A stretch of DNA of 64,000 bases from contig JAWAID010000002.1 in assembly GCA_038888615.1 (NCBI GenBank), forward strand, positions 211,594 through 275,593. Direction: 5' to 3'. Numbering within the stretch: position 1 is the stretch's first letter; each line of letters begins with the position of its first letter. Below the pieces are notes generated by a model, which worked only from the letters and a program-made list of their open reading frames with translations, made no database searches and was not told the origin of the DNA. This document shows, piece by piece, positions 34,934 to 44,621 of this stretch. The stretch is from Candidatus Korarchaeum sp. GTDB taxonomy: Archaea; Korarchaeota; Korarchaeia; Korarchaeales; Korarchaeaceae. The translations under genes were made by a program, and so were the position numbers.

Positions 34934-36449
34934 TCACACCACCCATGAGCAACCCTAACCTCTCAACAGTGAACTCCTCGCTCCTCCCCATCCCTATGAA
35001 CCTACCCTCGTACATGACGGCTATCCTATCGCTCAGCTCGAAGACCTCATCGAGGTCGGTGGATACGAGGATTATGGCCCTCCCCTCATCCCTGAACCTG
35101 AGCAGGGTGCCCCTTATGAACTCAGTAGCGGCTACATCTAAGCCCTGAGTTGGCTCACAGACCACTAAGACATCGGGCTCCTTCAGGATCTCCCTGCCCA
35201 CTAGTAGCCTCTGCTGATTCCCCCCGCTCAGGTACTTGACTTGCGTCCTAATGGAGCTCGCGATCACGTTGAACTTATTGACGATGCCATTGGCCCTCTC
35301 AGTAGCCAGGGACCAGTTCACCCTCCCACCAACCCCAAGGAAGGAGCCTAGGGTTGTCAGGATCGAGTTCTCAACCAGGCTCATGTCCATTATGAGGCCC
35401 ACAGCCCTAGAATCAGGTACGTACGATATCCCCCTCTTATACCTCACTCTAGCAGGTAGATCCGTGATATCCTCACCCTTAAGGATTATCCTCCCACTAT
35501 CGACATTCCTCACCCCGGCTAAGGCCTCAGCTAGCTCCAGTTGACCGTTCCCCTGAACACCGGTTATACCCAGTATCTCCCCCCCTCTTAACTCGAAGGA
35601 GACACCTTTAACCGCATGAAGCCCCCTCTCATCCCTCACCCATAGGTCCTCAACCCTCAGCACCTCCTCCCTGGAGGAGGAGGGGCTCCTCTGAGTTGGT
35701 AGGATGCTCCTCCCCACCATCATGAGCGCGAGGTCCCCCTCGCTAACGCTCCGAGTGCTGAAGGTCCCCACCCTCTCTCCCCTCCTCAGCACGGTCACCC
35801 TATCAGTTAGCTCCTTGACTTCCCTGAGCTTATGCGTTATGAAGACTATCGAAATTCCCTCCTTCTTCAGTTCCCTCAGCATCTTGAATAGCTCCTTGCT
35901 CTCGATCGGCGTCAGAACCGAAGTTGGCTCATCGAGTATTATCAGCTTCGGCCTGGAGAGGAGCACCTTCACCACCTCCACCCTCTGCTGGACCCCCACG
36001 GGGAGCTCCTCGACGAGCGCATCCAAGGGGACCCTGAAGCCGAGCTTCTCCATGACGGACTCAGCTCCCCTCCTCACTTCCTCCGAGCTCACGCCCTTCA
36101 TTAGGGAGCTGAGGTAGAGTTGGAGGTTCTCGATCACGGTGAGAGTGGGGACCAGGGAGAACCTCTGGTAAACCATGTTTATCCCGCTCCTCATGGCATC
36201 CCAAGGTCCCCTGAAGCTCACCCTTCTTCCCTGAAGCAGCACATCACCACTCGTCTGCTTTATCTCCCCGTAGAGTATCCTCATCAGAGTGGTCTTCCCG
36301 GCCCCGTTCTCCCCCAGGAGACCGTGGATCTCCCCCTCAGCTACCTCGAAGTCCACACCCCTGAGGGCAACGGCGCCATCTGGATAGACCTTCCTTATCC
36401 CCCTCATCTCCACTAGACCCTGAGCCCCCCGAGGGTCCATCCGAATCAC
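34926..36449 (-). CDS. ABC transporter ATP-binding protein, duplicated cassettes (sugar/nucleoside type)
   Basis: GENGAGKTTLM ... LILDEPTS, with LSGGNQQRL in the second cassette. Confidence 0.9.
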   Translation of the reverse strand: MIRMDPRGAQGLVEMRGIRKVYPDGAVALRGVDFEVAEGEIHGLLGENGAGKTTLMRILYGEIKQTSGDVLLQGRRVSFRGPWDAMRSGINMVYQRFSLVPTLTVIENLQLYLSSLMKGVSSEEVRRGAESVMEKLGFRVPLDALVEELPVGVQQRVEVVKVLLSRPKLIILDEPTSVLTPIESKELFKMLRELKKEGISIVFITHKLREVKELTDRVTVLRRGERVGTFSTRSVSEGDLALMMVGRSILPTQRSPSSSREEVLRVEDLWVRDERGLHAVKGVSFELRGGEILGITGVQGNGQLELAEALAGVRNVDSGRIILKGEDITDLPARVRYKRGISYVPDSRAVGLIMDMSLVENSILTTLGSFLGVGGRVNWSLATERANGIVNKFNVIASSIRTQVKYLSGGNQQRLLVGREILKEPDVLVVCEPTQGLDVAATEFIRGTLLRFRDEGRAIILVSTDLDEVFELSDRIAVMYEGRFIGMGRSEEFTVERLGLLMGGVSA

Positions 36450-36525
36450 CTCAGCGCTTGAAGGAGCTGAGAAGGTGCCCCCATAGGGCTAACTTAAGGG
36501 GGGAATATAAAAAGTTGGGAGGAGC

Positions 36526-37752
36526 CTAGCTCCTCTCAAGAGCGGCATCCAGGTTCCCAGCTAGGAGCTCTCTAACTATGTAGTCGTACTCCTCGTGAGT
36601 TGCTGGCATCTTGAACTTTATCTCCCCATTAACTATCCTCTGCCTCAGCTCATCGGCTATCCTCTGAGCATCAGCTGATATGTAAGCCTTCCTCTGGGAC
36701 TCGACTATCCTCACCACGTCATCGGGCGTCATGTCCTTCAGCTGCTTGGTCTCAGCAGCTAGGGTGGCGAACTCCCTCACACCTTCGAGATCCCAAACAC
36801 CGACTCCTCCCTCCTTCAGCCCAAGAGTCACTATACCGCCCTTCCAAGTTCCCCTCACCACCATCTCTATAGCCGTGTAGACAGCTACATCAACCCTCTT
36901 AGAGCCGCTCAACGGGATGTTCATAGGAGAGATCCACTCCTGACTAGCGTCCTGCCCTATGGCCAGGGCTGCGATCTTACCCTGCCTCTCGTTCCACTCC
37001 TTAACCGCGTTGAACATCCCGACATGAGTGAGCCCTGCGAGCCCGTAGAGGACCTTCACGTCCTGCTGAAGCAAGGTCATCGCTGCATTATAGCCTGCCT
37101 GCGTATCCGTGAACGTTCCGGTGTACTGCCAGATGAAATCGATCCTGTCACCGGTCTTCTTCTCGTAGTACTTGACGCCGTAAAGGTATCCTATGTGGAA
37201 CTTCCAAAGCGGGGGTATGTCCATTCCGGCCACCGCCCCCACCTTATTCCCTCCCAGGGACTTAGCCATGCTAGAAGCGAGCACTCCCACCATAGCGGCG
37301 CATTCCTGCTCCCTGAAAAGCAAGTCGACCTCATTAGCCCTCTGAACTCGGGTCGATGCATCTATCAACGCGAACTTCTGGTTTGGGAACTTATCAGCCG
37401 TCTTATTCAGAGCATCGGTCCAGAGGAAACCAACTAAGACCAGGAGGTCGTAATCACCCCTCTTGCTGAGGTCCTCGAGAACAGGGACCATATCAGCTAG
37501 CGATTTAGGAGTTAGAGTCTCTATCTGGACTCCCAGCTCCTTCTCAGCTCTACTAGCACCTAAATAGGCCATATCATTGAAACTGAGGTCCCCTCTCCCA
37601 CCCATATCGAATAGTATGGCCACCTTGACCTTCTTAGCCGTTTCAGTAGGCTTAGGGGGAGCCATCAGGAAGTAAGCGGCAGCTAGAACTACTAAGATGA
37701 TCAGGACGAGAATAGCGACACTAATTTTACTCAATCCGTATCTCCTCACCAT
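36526..37752 (-). CDS. BMP-family (basic membrane protein / PnrA-like) ABC substrate-binding protein
   Basis: N-terminal TM anchor, then ...KVAILFDMGGRGDLSFND.AY.G typical of the BMP family. ATG 37752 is preferred over the track start 37818. Confidence 0.85.
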   Translation of the reverse strand: MVRRYGLSKISVAILVLIILVVLAAAYFLMAPPKPTETAKKVKVAILFDMGGRGDLSFNDMAYLGASRAEKELGVQIETLTPKSLADMVPVLEDLSKRGDYDLLVLVGFLWTDALNKTADKFPNQKFALIDASTRVQRANEVDLLFREQECAAMVGVLASSMAKSLGGNKVGAVAGMDIPPLWKFHIGYLYGVKYYEKKTGDRIDFIWQYTGTFTDTQAGYNAAMTLLQQDVKVLYGLAGLTHVGMFNAVKEWNERQGKIAALAIGQDASQEWISPMNIPLSGSKRVDVAVYTAIEMVVRGTWKGGIVTLGLKEGGVGVWDLEGVREFATLAAETKQLKDMTPDDVVRIVESQRKAYISADAQRIADELRQRIVNGEIKFKMPATHEEYDYIVRELLAGNLDAALERS

Positions 37753-37779
37753 GGGGGTCCCCAGCGGATCCGCCATGCG

Positions 37780-37789
37780 TATATTTAAA
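37780..37789. promoter_or_regulatory. Shared TATA-like box between divergent genes
   Basis: tatatttaaa lies about 32-33 nt from ATG 37752 (minus) and ATG 37817 (plus). Confidence 0.5.
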
Positions 37790-37816
37790 GCGTTTCGCGT
37801 GATCAGCAGTTCCGTC

Positions 37817-38830
37817 ATGAGGGCGCTCGTACTACGCTCTCCAGGTGACCTGAGGTTAGAGGAGCTCGATACCCCTAAGCCTGGCGAAGGTTGGCTGAGA
37901 CTAGCCGTGAGGAGGGTGGGTATTTGCGGTACCGATAAGGCCCTCTACTCGGGTAGCTACGGGGCTCGGAAGCTGCCCATAGTGCTGGGGCACGAGATCT
38001 CTGGCGAGGTAGTTGAACTGGGTGAAGGCGTCAGCGAATCCCTCATGGGGAGTAGGGTGACTACGGAGATAAACGTGAGCTGTAACGATTGCTGGTTCTG
38101 TAGATCCGGAATTAAGGAGCACTGCTTGAGGAGGGAGGTCATAGGGATCAGTTTGGATGGGGGGATGGCTGAGTATCTGCTCACCAGGGAAGACCTGGTC
38201 CACAGGATAGATGGGTTGAGCTGGCAGCAGGGGGCATTCGTTGAGCCCCTAGCGGCTGTCCTCAAGCCCTTCATCATGAGGCCTCCGGAGCCCCTATCGA
38301 ACATCGCCGTAGTTGGCGTGGGTACGGTGGGGTTGCTCTCCATACAGGTAGCTAAGATCTACGAGCCCGAGAGGCTGGTGGCCATTTACAGGAGTGAGGG
38401 CAGGAAGGTCGAGTTAGCCGAGCGGTATGGGGCTGAGCCGATGAGGTTAGAGGAAGCCATCGAGCTTAAGAGGGAAGTCAACGGGGGAGCCGGATTCGAT
38501 CTCGTCATAGAAGCCACTGGAAGCCCCAATGGTCTTGATGCAGCTCTGAGCCTCATCAGGGCTAGGGGCACCATCTTCGCTAAGTCAACTCATGGGGAAA
38601 GCGTTTGCTTCGATTACACGCGAGCTGTAGTGAGCGAGGTCTCGATAATCGGTAGCAGGTGCGGGCCATTCAGACAAGCTATAGAGCTCCTGAGGAGGGG
38701 CAGAGTATCGGTTGATGAGTTGGTGACCTCAGTTTACCCCTTGGAGGAGGGGGCGGAAGCCCTCAGGAGTTCCTTCGAGAGGGATCAGATAAAGGTGCAG
38801 ATAGAGGTCAGTAAAGGAAGCTGTACCTAA
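37817..38830 (+). CDS. Zinc-dependent alcohol/threonine/sorbitol dehydrogenase family (MDR)
   Basis: MRALVL..., catalytic CGTD...GHEISGEV, structural-Zn cluster CNDCWFCRSGIKEHC, Rossmann VVGVGTVGL. The ORF-track start 37697 runs through the neighbouring gene and the promoter. Confidence 0.9.
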   Translation: MRALVLRSPGDLRLEELDTPKPGEGWLRLAVRRVGICGTDKALYSGSYGARKLPIVLGHEISGEVVELGEGVSESLMGSRVTTEINVSCNDCWFCRSGIKEHCLRREVIGISLDGGMAEYLLTREDLVHRIDGLSWQQGAFVEPLAAVLKPFIMRPPEPLSNIAVVGVGTVGLLSIQVAKIYEPERLVAIYRSEGRKVELAERYGAEPMRLEEAIELKREVNGGAGFDLVIEATGSPNGLDAALSLIRARGTIFAKSTHGESVCFDYTRAVVSEVSIIGSRCGPFRQAIELLRRGRVSVDELVTSVYPLEEGAEALRSSFERDQIKVQIEVSKGSCT

Positions 38831-39557
38831 CACCCCTGATGGAGCTCTCGAGGACCCTCTTAATGCTCCTGTAGTAGGAATCGGTATCGAGGTCCTCACT
38901 TGAAGGGACCCTGGGCTCGGCTAATCCAGGCTTCCTCCTGAACTTATCGAAGTAAATAAGATCGGAGTAGTCCTTCACCTCATTTACGAGCTCTATTATC
39001 TCATCAGGGGGAGTTCCAGGGATTATGGGTCCTATGAAGGTGAAGGTAGTGATCCCCTCGCTCTTAAGGTCCATAAGGGCATCTATCCTCGAGCTTATGC
39101 TCGGGGCATGAGGCTCCAGCTTCCTCCTAAGACTCTCATCAAGCGTTATTATCGTGAGCCCGACTTCAGCTTGGGAAAAACTGCTTATGATGTCGAGGTC
39201 CCTTAGGATCAAGGTGGACTTCGTCTGCACTATTACGGGCCAGTCCCTAGCTAGCAGTACTTCGAGCAACCTCCTAGTGAGCTGATAGGAGCTCTCGATG
39301 GGTTGATAGGCATCCGTGAGGGAGGATATGTAAACGATGCCCTTTCTCCTCCTAGCTAACTCCCTCCTCAGCAGATCAACTGCGTTAACCTTAACGTAAA
39401 CGTAACTCCCCCACTCCCCTGAGTACCCCATCCTCCTAGCGTAGTGGGAAGCGTAGCAGTAGACGCAACCGTGAGAGCACCCCACGTAGGGGTTCACGCA
39501 GTAGTCACCTATAGCGCTCCTGTTGAGCAGGCTCTTAGCTACGATCTCCGATATCAC
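38808..39557 (-). CDS. Radical SAM protein (SPL/'DNA repair photolyase'-like small family)
   Basis: CSHGCVYC (Cx3Cx2C) close to the N-terminus; 249 aa. Confidence 0.75.
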   Translation of the reverse strand: MISEIVAKSLLNRSAIGDYCVNPYVGCSHGCVYCYASHYARRMGYSGEWGSYVYVKVNAVDLLRRELARRRKGIVYISSLTDAYQPIESSYQLTRRLLEVLLARDWPVIVQTKSTLILRDLDIISSFSQAEVGLTIITLDESLRRKLEPHAPSISSRIDALMDLKSEGITTFTFIGPIIPGTPPDEIIELVNEVKDYSDLIYFDKFRRKPGLAEPRVPSSEDLDTDSYYRSIKRVLESSIRGVRYSFLY

Positions 39558-39592
39558 AAAGCTTTAATCCCGAAGTGAAATAAAAACTCAGG

Positions 39593-40765
39593 ATGAAGAA
39601 GCTTAAGATCCTCTCCGATGACTACAGGGTGGTTGACGTAGTGAGCCTGGAACTCCTATCGGAGCTGCGCATCCCGAAAGTCCACGACTCCCCTGAAATA
39701 GCGGGCTCCTCTCCGCCCGAGATCTTCGTAGGAAGGTTCGGATACCCCAAGGTCTACGCGGGCCCCTTAGTACCTCCCATTCAGGGCGACACTAGGCACC
39801 TCGCGACGCCCGAGGAGTGGTTCGGAAGGGGATTGAGCGAGCTCATCGACATGAGGCTCCAGCTCATCAGGGGTAAGAGGGAGGTCAGGGTAGATAGGGT
39901 GGAAGATAGATACGCTTCTGAGCTAAGGGAGGCCCTCCTCTCGGAGGGATCGGTTGATACCGAGGTGAAGCTCAGGGGTAGACTGAGGGGGTGCGTTCTA
40001 TCCGAGGATCTACAGCCATTCGGACCCTCTGCCCTCATAGAGGAGCTCAGAATGGAGCCGGGAAGGGCTGACCCTAGGCTGGAGAGAGCTTACTACGATA
40101 GGGACGCTACGGCTACGGAAGCAGTTATCGAACTGTATAAAGCGGGACTGCGGGTCTCCAGGATACAGCAAGCCCTCAGCGCAGGTCTACTAGGCAGGAG
40201 GAGGAAGTTCGTCCCTACGAGGTGGGCTATCACAGCCGTGGATGACCTCGTATCGAGGCACATACTGAATGAGGTGAGGGGGCAAGGTGAACTGGGTGAG
40301 TACAGGGTTTACAGAGGGGAGTACCTCAACAACAGGTGGGTCGTGGTGATGATGCCCGGGGAGTGGAGCTACGAGTCGATAGAAGCCTGGTTCCCCGGTG
40401 TCATCTCGGGAGCCCTGGGTATAGCTGGGGACTACGAGCCCTTCTGGGGGAGGAGTGAGTACGCCAGCATGGGAGGTTGTTACTACGCTGGGAGGCTAGC
40501 GGTAGCTGAGAAGCTGAGGGAGATAGGGAAGCAAGCTTCAGTGTTAATACTCAGGGAGGTCTACCCTGGTTACGTGCCCCTGGGTGTCTGGAACGTGAGG
40601 GAGACCCTGAGGAACATCCTGATGGGAAAGCCAGAGACCTTCTCGAGTTTGGAGGAGAGCTTAGAACACGTGAAGAAGTGGCTCTCCCTCCCTATGGGGG
40701 TCTGGTTCAGCAACTCGAGGCTACTTAGGAAGGGGTGTCAAGTCGGTCTCGAGAGGTTCCTCTAA
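39593..40765 (+). CDS. Nre-family archaeal DNA repair protein with C-terminal PIP box
   Basis: Nre-like ...PPEIFVGRFGYPKVYAGPL... and ...RKFVPTRWAITAVDD.... C-terminal QVGLERFL (40739-40762) fits Qxx(L/I/M)xx(F/Y)(F/Y/L). Confidence 0.75.
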   Translation: MKKLKILSDDYRVVDVVSLELLSELRIPKVHDSPEIAGSSPPEIFVGRFGYPKVYAGPLVPPIQGDTRHLATPEEWFGRGLSELIDMRLQLIRGKREVRVDRVEDRYASELREALLSEGSVDTEVKLRGRLRGCVLSEDLQPFGPSALIEELRMEPGRADPRLERAYYDRDATATEAVIELYKAGLRVSRIQQALSAGLLGRRRKFVPTRWAITAVDDLVSRHILNEVRGQGELGEYRVYRGEYLNNRWVVVMMPGEWSYESIEAWFPGVISGALGIAGDYEPFWGRSEYASMGGCYYAGRLAVAEKLREIGKQASVLILREVYPGYVPLGVWNVRETLRNILMGKPETFSSLEESLEHVKKWLSLPMGVWFSNSRLLRKGCQVGLERFL

Positions 40766-40834
40766 GGTAAGCGCTGGGGACGTGAGTTTGCGGTAAATAT
40801 TAAATAGGGGGTTCCTTACCTAGCAGGGGGAAAA

Positions 40835-40993
40835 ATGGAGGAGTGCGCCATATGCGGTAGAAAGGAGGTCAGTCTTCTTTGGGCTTTTCACAAGGAGATA
40901 GGAGGAATCTGGGTTTGTGCTGAGTGCTGGAAGAAGCTCTACGAGGATAATATGCTAGTTTACGGGTCAAGCGAATCTGGATGCGCCTGCTAA
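40835..40993 (+). CDS. Small zinc-ribbon protein (52 aa), absent from the ORF track
   Basis: MEECAICGRKEV...WVCAECWKKLY...SGCAC: two CxxC pairs. A/T box aaatattaaata lies about 30 nt upstream of the ATG. Open frame verified codon by codon. Confidence 0.55.
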   Translation: MEECAICGRKEVSLLWAFHKEIGGIWVCAECWKKLYEDNMLVYGSSESGCAC

Positions 40994-41802
40994 AGGTACT
41001 TCCCCTCGCTTCCTCTAGGATTATCCCTCAGAGCGTTCTCAACCTCCTTTTTGAAGTTTTCCCCATCTAGGAAGAAGCTACTTATCGGAATCCCGTTGAC
41101 TACGCAAGGAGGTACCTCCCCCCTCCTCCTGACCTCCTCAGGTTCCTTAAAGGTGTTTATCATCCTGATGCAGAGATCCGGTGCAACTTCCCTTATCAAA
41201 CTCTCCATGCAGCCTGCGAAGTACATGCAGAACGGGCACGATGGATCGTAAAATATCAACGCTCTTCCCTTATCCTCAGGAAGTGGGGTGTACTTCCTAT
41301 CAATCGGGCTGTACCTGAAACCCTCCTTCAACGGATAGTAAAGTAGGAAGGGGTCATCCTCACGAACCCTCTTGAATCCCATCCTCAGGTAAAACTCGTT
41401 CTGTGGATAGTACCCCGGGACTTGAAAGGGCCACGTGACCAATGCTGATGGGGAGTAGAGATCGAAAAGCCCTTTCCTCAAGTCACCGATTAAGTCTTTC
41501 ATTAGGGCTCTCCCGACTCCCTTCCTCTGGTCCAGCTTATCGGGGACGAATATGCACTTTATCTCGACAATTCCCTCCGAGGGATCAGGGAGATATTGTA
41601 TCAGACCAGCGGGTTTTGATCCCAGATACGCTATCTTAGCTACACTCCCAAACCTATTGATAGATTCTATCACCCAGTCACTCTTAAGATGAGCTCCCTC
41701 GATGAAATATTTATCATTTCTCCTCTCTAACGGAATACAGAGCTCTAATAGGGTGTCAATGCTCTCAGCCCTCACGTCCTCTACCCTAAGGGTTTGCGTC
41801 AT
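40990..41802 (-). CDS. GNAT acetyltransferase domain fused to a thioredoxin/glutaredoxin-like CPFC domain
   Basis: GNAT motif A QRKGVGRALM. C-terminal IFYDPSCPFCMYF...PPCVVNG (Trx-fold CxxC plus cis-Pro-like). Confidence 0.65.
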   Translation of the reverse strand: MTQTLRVEDVRAESIDTLLELCIPLERRNDKYFIEGAHLKSDWVIESINRFGSVAKIAYLGSKPAGLIQYLPDPSEGIVEIKCIFVPDKLDQRKGVGRALMKDLIGDLRKGLFDLYSPSALVTWPFQVPGYYPQNEFYLRMGFKRVREDDPFLLYYPLKEGFRYSPIDRKYTPLPEDKGRALIFYDPSCPFCMYFAGCMESLIREVAPDLCIRMINTFKEPEEVRRRGEVPPCVVNGIPISSFFLDGENFKKEVENALRDNPRGSEGKYL

Positions 41803-41905
41803 TAAATCGGGAGGTCACGTTCTTCAATAAAAAGTCATCCCTCGCAATCTTTGCTTTTCATGCAGAATCCGTTGATTTTGTTAAAAAATTGATGCTATAG
41901 TTACC

Positions 41906-43087
41906 TCAAGCGCGCTTCCCGCCGGAGAGCCCCACCGCTCCCACTACCATCGGCAGCAGGGAGAGAGACGCTATCAGGAACAAGTAAGGCCCTAAGACAG
42001 TGTAGAGGAGCCCTCCTAAAGCCGACATAGGGCCGGCGAGAGCTCCCTCGAGCAGCCCGCTTATAGCGTTCACCTTCCCCCTCACTTCCTCACCCGTCAG
42101 ATCCACTAGCATCGCTTGAGCCGGTGGAGAGGATGAGAACATCGCGTTCACCATCATCGCTACAGTGAAATAGAGGGGATCTCCCCTTGGGGCTAGGGCT
42201 ATCATGAGGAGCCCGGCCAACCCCGAGCCGTAGCCCAGTGCCATCATGAGGTTCCTACCGATCCTATCTGAGAGAGCCCCGGAGACTACCAGCGAGATCG
42301 TGGAGAGGAAAGCGACCAAAGTTGACAACCATCCCCAGAACTCGAGGGATAGATCGAGGTACTTCACGGCGTAAACCTGGACGTAGGGGTAGGCCATGTT
42401 GTAAACTCCAGCGACTGAGGAGGTTATCATGATGAGCTTACCCAGATCACCTCTAAACGCTCTTAAAGTATCCTTGTAATCGATGAGCGCCTGGGAGAAG
42501 CTGGGCTTTATCTTAACACTACGGGTCTCTATGAGGAAGATCCTTAAGATACCGGATATGAGAGTGGATATCATGACTAATGTGAAGATCGCTCTCATGC
42601 CTCTCTCCAGGCCTAGGGCTGACACTGCTAACGTAGCTAGGGGAGGCCCAGCTAAGTTGAGGAGCTGCGATGGGGCGCTCATGATGGAGATGCTGGAGCC
42701 CCTCCTCCCCTCAGGCAGTATGTCACCCACCAGCGCCATCAAGGCCGGTTGGTACATCAGTGCCAGCGAGTTTATCACGCTCCCAATCAGGAGGAACCTC
42801 CAATCAGGTGCTATTATGAAGAGCAAGTACGAGAGAGCGAAGAGCATCGTCATGGGTACGATGACCCTCTTCCTCCCAACGGCATCGGCCAAGTAGCCCC
42901 CTGCTAGTCTCGATAGGGCTAATGTCGTCAGGGAAGCGAGGTTTATCAGACCCAAATCGACGACCGTTCCACCTAGTTCGAGGACGAAGAGGGAGAAATA
43001 GACATTTACGGCCGAGGAGAAGGGACTCATTATGGCCCATGTCAAAGTCAGTATTATGAAGTTACGTCTTCTGGCTTCCTCGCTCAC
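41906..43087 (-). CDS. MFS transporter
   Basis: About 12 TM segments, with an MFS loop motif ...GGYLADAVGRKRV.... Confidence 0.85.
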   Translation of the reverse strand: MSEEARRRNFIILTLTWAIMSPFSSAVNVYFSLFVLELGGTVVDLGLINLASLTTLALSRLAGGYLADAVGRKRVIVPMTMLFALSYLLFIIAPDWRFLLIGSVINSLALMYQPALMALVGDILPEGRRGSSISIMSAPSQLLNLAGPPLATLAVSALGLERGMRAIFTLVMISTLISGILRIFLIETRSVKIKPSFSQALIDYKDTLRAFRGDLGKLIMITSSVAGVYNMAYPYVQVYAVKYLDLSLEFWGWLSTLVAFLSTISLVVSGALSDRIGRNLMMALGYGSGLAGLLMIALAPRGDPLYFTVAMMVNAMFSSSPPAQAMLVDLTGEEVRGKVNAISGLLEGALAGPMSALGGLLYTVLGPYLFLIASLSLLPMVVGAVGLSGGKRA

Positions 43088-43123
43088 GAGGAAGCTCGAA
43101 ATGAATCGTTTAAAAAGTTTACC

Positions 43124-44587
43124 TTAACTCCACCAAGTCGATATGAGCTTGCTGAATGGGTGCTCGGGCCATCCGCACCTCCCCGAAGCTCCATCTTGAT
43201 CGTAGACGACGAGCCCTCCGATCAAGGTGAGGGAGCTCCTAACTCCCGATAGATCGAACCTGTTCAGCCCCCAAGGGTTCTGATCCAGTAAAATTAAATC
43301 GGCTCTAGCTCCAGGTGCCAGGTCATGCGTGTATATGCTCAAAGCTTGCTCCAAGCTCATCGGATCAATACCGAGCTCCCCTCCCGTCACGGCAGCCTCT
43401 ATGCTCATCCAGGGGTTCGCGGGCTCGACGGGGGAGTCGCTGCTCCCGGAGACCCTGAGCCCCCTCTCGACCATCTCCCTAAACCTGTAAGCATGCTTGA
43501 CCCTGTCCCCGAGTCTGCTGGTCAGCCACCAGTCGGTGACCGCGAAGTGGGGCTGCACGGCCACCATCTCGGGCCTAGCCCTAGATAGCCTCTCCATGAG
43601 ATCCGGGGGAGTGAGGGAAGCGTGCTCAATCCTCAAGTTGGTTGCACCGCTTTCGAGAGCCTTCACGACCTCCTCGAGGGCTCTATCCCCTATGGCATGC
43701 ACGGCCAATCTCTTCTCCCTGGATCTCAAGCTGGCAGCTAACGAGGCGATCTCCCTCCAGCTCCTCAGAAGCGATCCCCTGTTTCCGGGCTGATCCTCGT
43801 AATCCTCCCTCAGAGCGGCTGTCCTAGCCCCGAAGCTGCCGTCAGCGTAAACCTTTATCCCATCCACCGAGAGCAAATCGCCGTTGAGCTCCGCATCTAG
43901 GCCCTCGGAGAGGTAGACCCTCACCCTCAGGGGAAGCGCACCCCTCCCCAGCAAGCCCCTGAGGATCGCCAGCTCCTCGGGCGATGCATCCATGCTATGG
44001 ACCTCAGTTATCCCGTAAGCCAATAGGGTCATAACGGCCTTTAACATGAGATGATCAGCTCCCCTCGTGATCCGCACTACTCTCCTCATCGCTTCGTATA
44101 GCTCCTCCTCGAAGAGGAGGTCCTTCCTGATCCCCAGCTCCCTCATAGCCCTCGAGTTGAGCACACCGGCGTGTAAGCAAACTCTGGTGAGGATCACCGG
44201 GTTCTCGGGGGAGACCTCATCCAAATCGCTGGCCCTAGGGCACCTCCTGTCCCTAAGGGCCTCCTGGTCCCACCCGTGCCCTACGATCCACTCACCCGGC
44301 TTGGATGTCCTCACCTTAGACCTAACAGCCTCTCTGAGCTCCTCTAAACTCCTAATTCCCCTGAGATCGAGCCTCCGCATCGAGAGAGCGTAGCTGAGAA
44401 GGTGCATGTGTGAGTCAACTACGCCTGGGATGAGGACGCGACCCTCAGCGTCCAGGAACCTAGCATTTCCTCTGTGCTTCTCACAGGTACTTGAGGATCC
44501 CACCTCCAGGACCCTATCGTCCCTTACGATTACGCAGCTCCTCTCGTAGCTCCCCATAACCCTGGCGTTCTCTATGGCCAGGAGCAA
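43124..44587 (-). CDS. Amidohydrolase-family metal-dependent hydrolase (Amidohydro_3/YtcJ-like)
   Basis: PGVVDSHMHLL HxH motif, ...AVHAIGD..., ...GSSDSPV.... Confidence 0.8.
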   Translation of the reverse strand: MLLAIENARVMGSYERSCVIVRDDRVLEVGSSSTCEKHRGNARFLDAEGRVLIPGVVDSHMHLLSYALSMRRLDLRGIRSLEELREAVRSKVRTSKPGEWIVGHGWDQEALRDRRCPRASDLDEVSPENPVILTRVCLHAGVLNSRAMRELGIRKDLLFEEELYEAMRRVVRITRGADHLMLKAVMTLLAYGITEVHSMDASPEELAILRGLLGRGALPLRVRVYLSEGLDAELNGDLLSVDGIKVYADGSFGARTAALREDYEDQPGNRGSLLRSWREIASLAASLRSREKRLAVHAIGDRALEEVVKALESGATNLRIEHASLTPPDLMERLSRARPEMVAVQPHFAVTDWWLTSRLGDRVKHAYRFREMVERGLRVSGSSDSPVEPANPWMSIEAAVTGGELGIDPMSLEQALSIYTHDLAPGARADLILLDQNPWGLNRFDLSGVRSSLTLIGGLVVYDQDGASGRCGWPEHPFSKLISTWWS

Positions 44588-44621
44588 GCGATCACCTCGA
44601 GGCCCATCGAGGTGGAGCTTA

